Shown here one piece after another: positions 25,151-32,760 of a stretch of 32,760 nt of DNA; the first letter of the stretch is position 1; every line of letters begins with the position of its first letter. The translations under genes and the position numbers were made by a program. Under the pieces are notes generated by a model. That model was not told the origin of the DNA. It saw only the letters and a list, made by a program, of their open reading frames with translations, and searched no databases. This DNA is from Candidatus Hydrogenedentota bacterium (GTDB lineage Bacteria; Hydrogenedentota; Hydrogenedentia; Hydrogenedentales; SLHB01): positions 1 to 32,760 of the forward strand of contig JAWXCN010000071.1 in assembly GCA_034408725.1 (NCBI GenBank), read 5' to 3'.

Positions 25151-27049
25151 TTATTTCAGCGCCAGCGTCAATTCGCGTTGTTCGCCTTCCTCCAATGACA
25201 CCAATTCGCTCGCAATTCGAAGGCTTGCCATCGGGTCGCCCGCATCGTCATCGGGGTTGAACGAAATCGCAATCACGGTATATGCGCCGGGGTCGATTCC
25301 CTGGACGCGAAAGACCCCGCCGTTGCCCGTCGAGACCACGCTCGATGCCATCTCCCGGAGCGCCAACATTTCCTCGACGTTCCGGGTATTCACGGCGACC
25401 GTGCCGGGCGCCACAAGCACCTCGGCGGCCTCGCCAACGCCAAGGCCTTGAACTATCCCAAAGATCGCCGTCTCGCTGCTGATCGCGACTTCCTGCCACA
25501 CTTCCTGCCCTTCGCCAAGCGCAAACGTGAACACCCGCTTCACATCGGAATCGGCATCGATATGCACTGTTACTTCGAGGTACACGGCGCCCGCCGGAAG
25601 CCGCTCCGCCCGAAACGCCCCGTCCGTTCCCACTACCGCGCTGAAAAAGGTCTGCGTAGCGCCGGCGCCTATGACGCCTTGAATGTCCACATCCGCGGTG
25701 GGTACGCCATCAATCGTGACGCGGCCTGCCACGGCGGCTGTTGCAGCCTGAAATGAAAAATCGACAGCAGTCGTGGCGCCCGCCTCCACAACGGCGGGTT
25801 GCGTCAACATCCGTTCGGCGTCTGAGGCTGAATCGTCTTTGAAGTACGCCATGACATCGTATTGGCCCGCAGGAAGTCCAGTGATTTCATAACGGCCATC
25901 GGCATCCGTCGTGGTTTCGTTCGACTTCGGATTCTGACTGGGCCGCGCCTGCAACGACGCCACCACGCGCTGTCGAGAAGCGGCAACACCACCCGTCGTC
26001 ACTACGCCCTCTACCGCGCCTCCCGCCGCAAGCACCAGCCTCACCTCCGTAGTCGTCCCGGCTACGGGCGTTACGTTCGCGCGCGCGCTGTCATATCCCG
26101 GAAAGTCTGCTACCAGTATCAACGGAACTTCCGGCGCGCTGTGAATGGTAAAACGGCCTTCGCCATCCGTCGTCGCTGCTTCGACCAGCGCCTGTTCCGA
26201 TGTCCCCGCGCTCACGCGGGCAAACGACGCGGGAGCATCCTCCGGCGTAACGACCGTCCCGGAAATAGTGGCCCCCGCCGCGAGGCTCACGATGACATCC
26301 GTGCTGGACTTTCCGGGGGTAATCGGCGCGAGCCGCACCAATTCCAGCTTGTAGCCTTGAGCGCGCACCGCAATCGCAACCGGTTCATTGGCGCGAATAT
26401 CCGCGATTTCGAATTCACCCCCGGCATTGCGCACGGACCGCCACGCAACATTTCGATTGATGCTTTCGACTGCCCACTCCGCGTCCGTTGACGGTACCGC
26501 CGGCAAGTAGCTCACCCCGAACGCGGAAATCGGCGCATTGGTTTCCGCGTCGACCACTCGTCCGCGGACCGTGCTGGACGGCGGAAGCACAATCTCTAGG
26601 TTATGCGTGCCGGGCACCACTTGTTCGAAAACGAATTCGCCATGCCCTGGCGCGACCGCGCTCACTCGATACGTTTTTGCGGGATCAAGCGATTCGAGAA
26701 CAAATCTGCCATCCGCATCAGCCGTTGCGCGCGTCTCGCCCGTATCCGCGTCGTAAGCGGCAACATTGGCGCCGACGACCGGCTCGCCGGGTTCGTTCCG
26801 CACGACGCCAGCGATTGCATGACTCGAAAGCGCGCGGACAATCCCGGTTTCAAGAAGACCTGTTTGTGGGATCGGAAGGGTTTCATCAGCCGTTGCCGGC
26901 GGACTGGGTTTAACTGCTTCCTTCGGCGTGGCGGGGCGAATACCGGCCGGGTCCACCCGCGGGGCCTCCGCGCTTTTCGGCCAGAACAGCAGCACCAACA
27001 CGCACAATGCCCCACTCAGCGCAACGAGGATGGATGTCCTGCCTGACAT
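25151..27049 (-). CDS. Membrane-anchored protein with repeated carboxypeptidase-regulatory-like (Cna-B-like) domains
   Basis: N-terminal TM helix; repeats such as 'IAGVVRNEPGEPV', 'TADADGRF', 'TTDGEGRF', 'TTDADGRYEITGLPAGQY'. Confidence 0.8.
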   Translation of the reverse strand: MSGRTSILVALSGALCVLVLLFWPKSAEAPRVDPAGIRPATPKEAVKPSPPATADETLPIPQTGLLETGIVRALSSHAIAGVVRNEPGEPVVGANVAAYDADTGETRATADADGRFVLESLDPAKTYRVSAVAPGHGEFVFEQVVPGTHNLEIVLPPSSTVRGRVVDAETNAPISAFGVSYLPAVPSTDAEWAVESINRNVAWRSVRNAGGEFEIADIRANEPVAIAVRAQGYKLELVRLAPITPGKSSTDVIVSLAAGATISGTVVTPEDAPASFARVSAGTSEQALVEAATTDGEGRFTIHSAPEVPLILVADFPGYDSARANVTPVAGTTTEVRLVLAAGGAVEGVVTTGGVAASRQRVVASLQARPSQNPKSNETTTDADGRYEITGLPAGQYDVMAYFKDDSASDAERMLTQPAVVEAGATTAVDFSFQAATAAVAGRVTIDGVPTADVDIQGVIGAGATQTFFSAVVGTDGAFRAERLPAGAVYLEVTVHIDADSDVKRVFTFALGEGQEVWQEVAISSETAIFGIVQGLGVGEAAEVLVAPGTVAVNTRNVEEMLALREMASSVVSTGNGGVFRVQGIDPGAYTVIAISFNPDDDAGDPMASLRIASELVSLEEGEQRELTLALK

Positions 27050-27065
27050 CTCGGCGGCTGGTCCC

Positions 27066-30002
27066 TTACGGCGCCATCGCGGCCACTGTGGCCGTTGCGG
27101 CCGCCGCTTCCAGCGTGCGGCGATCAGAATGATGCAAAAATTCGAGCAGGTCTGCCATGCCCTGCACGTCGAATGCCTGCTCCAATCCCTGCGGCATCAG
27201 TGACATCGTGCTGGCGGACATCTCTTCGATGTTGTCACGCATGACGGTGACCTCGATGCCGGCCGCCTGTTTTACGGTAACGCTCGTTGCGGTTTCAGCG
27301 CCGATAACGCCGTTGATTAGATCGAGGTCCAGCGTCGAAATCGTGTAGTTGATGAAATCAGGCGACACCTCGGCGTTGGGATCGAGGATATCATGCAACA
27401 ACTGCTCTTTTGTTTTAGTAGCAATAGCACTGAGGTCTGGCCCAACTTTCTGGCCAATACCCTGAACCGTGTGGCACGGCATGCAATTCATGGCGAATAT
27501 GCCCGCGCCGCGTGATTTGTCGCCTGCGAGGTCCAGCACGGGCTTGTACTGGGCAATCAATTCTTCCTTGTCCGGGGAGGTCTTGATCACGAAAAGCATC
27601 GCGGCGCGCTCCTGCAACGCGGCAACCGGATACGCCTTTAGTGTCTCCCGCGCGGAAGCATCGAGCTCTTGCGGTGCGGGGCGGCCCTGTTCCATGGCTT
27701 CGACCAGTATTTCAGCCATTACCGGCGATGCGAGCATGCTGGACACCAACAGGCGGCGCGCGGGCACGCTCAACGCGCTCCAATCCTGCAACAATGACGC
27801 GGTGACCATCGAGTCGCCGCCGTTGACGAGCGCATTCAGCGCGGCGTTGCGCACGACATCGCTCCTGCTCGAGGTCATCATTGTTTTCAGCTTCGCGATG
27901 GCCTCGTCTCCGGGCTGTTGTCCAATCACCACAACCGCGGCGGCGCGCAGATAATCCCGCGCGCCTTCCCTGTTGGCGACGTGTTCCGCGTTGGCAAACA
28001 CAGGCTGGAGCGCCGCGACCGTTCCAGCAGTCAATCCGTTGGATGGCGTCGCCAGCCGCGCGCGCAATGGCGAGCCTGTCCGTGCAAGACCTTTGGTGAG
28101 ACCTGACAACAGGGCGAGACTCGGCGCGGCGGTAACGCTGTGCGCGCTGGAAGTTTTCGCGATGAGCGCGACGATGTCGTCCGGTTTGTCCGATGCGCCA
28201 ACGAGTTCGCTAAGTCCCGCGAGAAAATCAAAACTGGAATACGCGAAGCTGTCAATGTCTTTTGCGCGGCCGGCAAGCACTTCGTTGAGTAATGAGGATG
28301 CGTCCGTGTCCGTGCTTCCGAGCAGCGCGAGCCTAAACCACGGATCATACGCGTCGGTCGCGGCAATCGCAGTTAGAATGGGAAGCCGCGCATCGGCCGG
28401 CAATGCCCCCGCCGTCGCGGCGACCTGAAACCGCACCGCGGCGTCGCTGTCAGAAACGAGCCGCGCCAACGCGGCTTCTACGGTTGCGTTCGATGCGCGG
28501 GACTCGCAGAGCAGCACGGCCTGCCGGCGAACGCGCGCATCGGGGTCTTTTAACGATGCGATAAGCGTTTTGCCGTCCAATGCCGCAAGTCCTTCGAGTG
28601 TCCAAAGCGCGTGGATGCGCCCCTGCGGCGTAGACGCCTCGCGCGCGAGTTCTTTGAGCACGGGCGCGATTGAATCATCTCCGCGCGTCACGAGCAGACG
28701 TTGCGCCTGCGTGCGATACCAGGCATTGGCGTGGTCGAGAAACGTGATGAGTCCGGCCGATGCGATGCCGGACAACTTTTGCGCGGGCTTCACCGCGGCG
28801 TCTTTTGCGCGCACGCGCCAGATGCGGCCGAGGGTGTCGCCGTTGCGCCAGTTGACGCTGTCGCGCATTTCTTGCGGCACGAAATCCGGATGCTCGACCC
28901 ATTCCCGCACGAAATCGACAATGTACAACGCGCCATCCGGGCCGGTGGCCAGATTCACCGGGCGAAACCACAGGTCGGTCGAGGCCAAAAATTCTTTGCC
29001 TGCATCGGCCCGGCGCGCGACAAATGTCGGCCCGTCGGGCTCGAGCGCCATACGATGCACAAGGCTTGTGACCGATTCGCAAACGAATGCGTTTCCGTTG
29101 TATCCGGGGAGAGAACCGCCCCGGTAGATCGTGAGGCCACAGCTCGCGTTCCAGTATTCAATGGGTTCAGTGTTGAACCGCTGCTGCGGGGGCACAATCG
29201 GATAGATGCGCAAATCGTTCTTCGCAATCAGCGCCTCGGTGGCGGTTGCCGCAAGCAAGGGATTGCGCGTGAGATAACGTTCCTCCAACGCGATGTGGCG
29301 AATCGGCACCGTATTCCACGAAAGAAACCGGTTGCCCCAATCGTCCTGCGCAATGCCAAACTGGCTAAGACCGGAAATCGGCTCGATGGCGCTGAAATCC
29401 GGTTTGAACCGCAGGTCGTGATGGCGCATGAGTATGGCCGATTCCGGCGCATCTTCCGGACGCCGCACCGTGCCGTCGCTGCGGCCGTTCGCGGCGTAAA
29501 TCCAGTTGTCGAGTCCCCAGAACAATCCATTGATGCGTAGTTGCTGGTTGCCCTCGCCGAAACCAGTCAACACCACGCGCCGTTCATCTGCAATGCCGTC
29601 GGCGTCATTGTCTTTCAAAAACCAGACGTCGGGCGCCGCGGTAACGAGAAGCCCGCCATTGTATGCCAGCGCGGAATTCGGGTACGGCAATCCGTCAGCG
29701 AACACGGTCGCGTTTTCATATCGTCCGTCACCGTCACTGTCGGTTAACTGGCGAATCGTTCCGCCGGTGGGACCCATCGGGTAGTCGCGCATCTCGACAA
29801 CGTACATCCGGCCGTCTTCGTCCCATGTGACTGCAACGGGATCGATGATGTCGGGTTCGCTCGCAACGCATTCGATGACCAACGAATCATCGGCAAGGCG
29901 CAGCGAAGACAGCACGTTCGCCACGGAATGATCTGCTGGCGCGTCTTGGCCGGCAGCGACCATACACGCGAAAAACACAAAATAAAAATTTCTGATCGTC
30001 AT
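27066..30002 (-). CDS. PVC-type heme-binding CxxCH protein (membrane-bound dehydrogenase-like beta-propeller, HEAT repeats, cytochrome c)
   Basis: 'ASEPDIIDPVA..WDEDGRMYVVEM.DYP', 'WFRPVNLATGPDGALYIVD', HEAT repeats, 'CMPCH...VGPDL', 'SLMPQGL'; alternative start at 30014. Confidence 0.9.
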   Translation of the reverse strand: MTIRNFYFVFFACMVAAGQDAPADHSVANVLSSLRLADDSLVIECVASEPDIIDPVAVTWDEDGRMYVVEMRDYPMGPTGGTIRQLTDSDGDGRYENATVFADGLPYPNSALAYNGGLLVTAAPDVWFLKDNDADGIADERRVVLTGFGEGNQQLRINGLFWGLDNWIYAANGRSDGTVRRPEDAPESAILMRHHDLRFKPDFSAIEPISGLSQFGIAQDDWGNRFLSWNTVPIRHIALEERYLTRNPLLAATATEALIAKNDLRIYPIVPPQQRFNTEPIEYWNASCGLTIYRGGSLPGYNGNAFVCESVTSLVHRMALEPDGPTFVARRADAGKEFLASTDLWFRPVNLATGPDGALYIVDFVREWVEHPDFVPQEMRDSVNWRNGDTLGRIWRVRAKDAAVKPAQKLSGIASAGLITFLDHANAWYRTQAQRLLVTRGDDSIAPVLKELAREASTPQGRIHALWTLEGLAALDGKTLIASLKDPDARVRRQAVLLCESRASNATVEAALARLVSDSDAAVRFQVAATAGALPADARLPILTAIAATDAYDPWFRLALLGSTDTDASSLLNEVLAGRAKDIDSFAYSSFDFLAGLSELVGASDKPDDIVALIAKTSSAHSVTAAPSLALLSGLTKGLARTGSPLRARLATPSNGLTAGTVAALQPVFANAEHVANREGARDYLRAAAVVVIGQQPGDEAIAKLKTMMTSSRSDVVRNAALNALVNGGDSMVTASLLQDWSALSVPARRLLVSSMLASPVMAEILVEAMEQGRPAPQELDASARETLKAYPVAALQERAAMLFVIKTSPDKEELIAQYKPVLDLAGDKSRGAGIFAMNCMPCHTVQGIGQKVGPDLSAIATKTKEQLLHDILDPNAEVSPDFINYTISTLDLDLINGVIGAETATSVTVKQAAGIEVTVMRDNIEEMSASTMSLMPQGLEQAFDVQGMADLLEFLHHSDRRTLEAAAATATVAAMAP

Positions 30003-30071
30003 GTCGTCTGGCAACCTTACTTCAATGAAAACTTCGCGCTCGCGAATGCACTCAGAATCTACAATTAGCCA

Positions 30072-32174
30072 TTATTCCTTGGCGAGTTCGTTTAACATGC
30101 CGACAATCTCGTCCACAATGGCTTCGCCCGTTCCAACTTCGCAATAGCTGTGATGGCCCATCCACATTTGATAGCCGCCGCGTTCGTAACCTTTCCGGTC
30201 TCCGATGTATCCGACCCAGTCGTTGGACAACTCAGCGACCAGCGTGTGGGTAAACGGCGAACGGCGTTTGATTTCGATTCCTAGCACCGTGAAATATTCG
30301 GCGGGCACGGCGGCGATGGCGACATCGCCGATGCGCATGACCTGCAAATACGTTTCGCGCGGTTCGCCGATATGCGGGCGCAACTCTTCGCGCATGGTGC
30401 GAAACACCCCGATGGTGTACTCTGCGGCGGACGGCGCGCGTTTGTTGCAATACGAAGAAACCTTTTCTTCTTCAACCGCCTCGTCGAAATCACGGACCTT
30501 GAAGGTGAATGGACGGCGAATCGCGCCGAGATTCGTGATGCGTTGCGGCACGCCTGAATCCATCGTTTTCATCACCGTCGTCTTTACGCGCTCGATCATC
30601 ACCGGCGTCGTCAGATGAAGGTTGTGCGTTGACCCCGACGCGCCTTCAAGAAAGGCAATCGTCGCGCCGGTTTCCTGTTCAAGCTGTTGCGCGGCGAGAC
30701 CGTAGAATGACGGCGACCGCACCATGCCTCCGAGCGTGCCGATCGAGTGCGTGGAATGGTTGTACACGGCAGTACGGAGTTTTTGATCAGGGCCGTAAAA
30801 AGAAAGTACCGGCAATTCTGGATCAAATGGATCAGTTGGGCGGACGCGATCATCGAACGGTCCAGTCCAAAAAATGGTGTTGTCCGCAAGTAGCAATCGG
30901 CTGTTTTCGCCGACGCCGTATTCCGCGCCAAGGGCGTATCGAAACGTGCAATCGTCTTGAAGGTTCGCATGCGCTTTCTTCACGGCATCGACGATGGCGC
31001 TCCGCAGCGATTCGCGAAATTTTTCGACCGGGCCGTACCCGTGAATCCGCGTGACGCTGGGCGCGCTGTGCGTATGCGACGCGTTCACCAGCACGTGTTC
31101 GGGTGGAATGCCTGTCGCCTGCTGAATCTCATCCAACGCGGCATCCACGAGGTCGCGTGTTACAAACAATACGTCGCAGCCTACCAGCGCATACGTGCCG
31201 AACGGTTCCTTGCTGTAAACCACCGCGGTAGCGCGCAACTCCCCTTCCTGTCCCTTCGGCGTCCACGGGCCAATGCCGCCGGCCATGGTCATCGTGTCGT
31301 CGCCGGTCATGTTCGACGCGGCGGCGCCGACGCGCAATTTTGTATCTGGCCCTTCTATTAGCGCGGGCTTCCCGGTGGGAAGGCGTTTTATCTCGATGTT
31401 GCGATAGAAAATTTCCGCCGCTTCAATTTCGAGCGCGATGCGCCCCTTGCTCAAAGGCTGTGGTGCAACACCGGAATCGGGTTTTGCGTAGCGGATATTT
31501 TCGCAGCGGTTAATGAGTTTGCCGTTAAGAATGTGTTTGGAGGTATTTCCTTCGCAGATGACTTCGAGTGTGTTCCATCCTTCCAATTCATATAATCCAC
31601 GCCGTTTTTGATAGCCGATGCCTTTTCCGCCAAGCACGGCGGGTTCACCGCCATCCAATGGGTCCATAAAAGTTGCGTAGTCATTTGCTTTCGAGATGGG
31701 ATCGATCCACGTGTCGCAGGCCACTCCGTATAGCGCGAGCAAATCACCCACGTCGTTTAACTGGATTTGATACTGAAGCGATACCGGCCAGACTGCGTCG
31801 TCACCCACAATGTGGTAATACAGGCCCGCGTCTTTCGGAAGCGCGTATCGTGGCTCAAAAAATTTCTCGCCCCACTTGTACTCGAGCCGCAGGTGGTAAT
31901 TCTCATACTCCTGCCCGGTGCCGATATAGCCCATCAACACGTGTCCGCCTTGCGGAGCGTTCTTGTACAAGTGAATCGCGCCGTTTTCAATTGTAATAAT
32001 TTTATCGGGATCGCTGTTCTTGCCGTGTTCCTGAAGAAAGGTGTACCACCCGCTGAGGTCTTTGCCGTTGAATAGCGGCTCCCAGCCCGCCTGATTGCGA
32101 ACGCCGCCATCGACTTCGGCAAACGCACACGCAATCCCTAAAATATACGCCGAAAAAAATACACTAGCTCGCAC
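30072..32174 (-). CDS. DUF1080 (3-keto-disaccharide hydrolase-like) domain fused to a neutral/alkaline ceramidase-like domain
   Basis: 'LFNGKDLSGW', 'YENYHLRLEYKWG', 'GWNTLEV', then 'NASHTHSAP', 'PAEYF', 'ELSNDWVGYI...YERGGY'; GTG 32174 follows GGAG. Confidence 0.8.
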   Translation of the reverse strand: MRASVFFSAYILGIACAFAEVDGGVRNQAGWEPLFNGKDLSGWYTFLQEHGKNSDPDKIITIENGAIHLYKNAPQGGHVLMGYIGTGQEYENYHLRLEYKWGEKFFEPRYALPKDAGLYYHIVGDDAVWPVSLQYQIQLNDVGDLLALYGVACDTWIDPISKANDYATFMDPLDGGEPAVLGGKGIGYQKRRGLYELEGWNTLEVICEGNTSKHILNGKLINRCENIRYAKPDSGVAPQPLSKGRIALEIEAAEIFYRNIEIKRLPTGKPALIEGPDTKLRVGAAASNMTGDDTMTMAGGIGPWTPKGQEGELRATAVVYSKEPFGTYALVGCDVLFVTRDLVDAALDEIQQATGIPPEHVLVNASHTHSAPSVTRIHGYGPVEKFRESLRSAIVDAVKKAHANLQDDCTFRYALGAEYGVGENSRLLLADNTIFWTGPFDDRVRPTDPFDPELPVLSFYGPDQKLRTAVYNHSTHSIGTLGGMVRSPSFYGLAAQQLEQETGATIAFLEGASGSTHNLHLTTPVMIERVKTTVMKTMDSGVPQRITNLGAIRRPFTFKVRDFDEAVEEEKVSSYCNKRAPSAAEYTIGVFRTMREELRPHIGEPRETYLQVMRIGDVAIAAVPAEYFTVLGIEIKRRSPFTHTLVAELSNDWVGYIGDRKGYERGGYQMWMGHHSYCEVGTGEAIVDEIVGMLNELAKE

Positions 32175-32288
32175 AGTTTTCTCCGAGGTGTTCCAAGGTG
32201 GCAAACACTGGCAGTATGACGAATTTACGGGGGAACAGTAAAGACCGCGCCGAAGTAAGTACACACGCAAAACTTCCACACCATGAGG

Positions 32289-32388
32289 AATCGCTACCGC
32301 TTTTTCTTCCGGCGGAGCCGAAGCCTTCGCGCAATAATGAGGTCGTCTATCATAGCGTCGAGCAGGGTGAGTTAAAGCGGTCGCGGTT
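32289..32388. repeat. Imperfect inverted repeat pair ending in CCGCTTT (degenerate family A)
   Basis: AATCGCTACCGCTTT (32289-32303) and AAAGCGGTCGCGGTT (32374-32388) are complementary at 13 of 15 positions. Confidence 0.45.
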
Positions 32389-32398
32389 GTTGCCGGCG

Positions 32399-32760
32399 CT
32401 ATTCCTGTCCCGTGAGGCTGCGGATAAACTCTTCTTGATTGCCGGTCTCATCGTCTGGTCTTCGTTCGAAAAACTGTTTCACGAACGGGTGATCGGCTTT
32501 TTCCAACTCATCAAACGTGCCGTAGCCGACGACCTTCCCCGCCAGCAACATAAGCACGCGGTCCGCTATCAATCGCACACTCGACATCTCATGCGTCACA
32601 ACCACGCTCGTCAGGTTGAACGTGCTCTGCATCTTGCGGATCAGCGCGTCCAACCCGGCGGCGACAATCGGATCGAGTCCCGCGGACGGCTCGTCGTAGA
32701 AAATTATCTCGGGGTCCATCGCCATGGCGCGGGCAAGGCCGGCGCGCTTTTTCATACCGC
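32399..32760 (-). CDS. mlaF: ABC transporter ATP-binding protein, MlaF/Mkl family (5'-truncated by the window end)
   Basis: 'GMKKRAGLARAMAMDPEIIFYDEPSAGLDPI', 'SVVVTHE', 'HPFVKQFF'. Confidence 0.85.
   Translation of the reverse strand, partial: GMKKRAGLARAMAMDPEIIFYDEPSAGLDPIVAAGLDALIRKMQSTFNLTSVVVTHEMSSVRLIADRVLMLLAGKVVGYGTFDELEKADHPFVKQFFERRPDDETGNQEEFIRSLTGQE

Overview
A GC-rich bacterial chromosomal window. Gene content (PVC-type CxxCH protein, DUF1080, DUF1844, DUF1573, GATTAC/GAGCAC intergenic repeats) suggests a PVC-like or Candidatus Hydrogenedentes-like organism; this is inference. Most genes are housekeeping or envelope genes: a GT-C-like membrane glycosyltransferase, an MCE/MlaD protein, a lipoprotein with three tandem PqiC-like domains, an Amidase_3 amidase, a GT2, purA, DUF1844, a 29-aa bS22-like small protein missing from the ORF track, ndk, a family-4 uracil-DNA glycosylase, a HAMP histidine kinase with a sigma54 regulator, queA, a methyltransferase/GT-C/SDR cluster, hemH, a Zn-ribbon protein, DUF1573, a GDSL hydrolase, a three-gene secreted-protein operon and a partial mlaF. 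The most notable element is a stand-alone retron-type reverse transcriptase (7468-8340; NAxxH, YADD and VTG motifs). It is preceded by a compact, highly structured candidate msr-msd RNA (~7300-7445) and has no recognisable effector gene, because it is flanked by a divergent GT2 and a convergent purA. Also of note: mlaD-pqiC and mlaF lie about 28 kb apart in converging orientations, and three families of short REP-like intergenic repeats are present.
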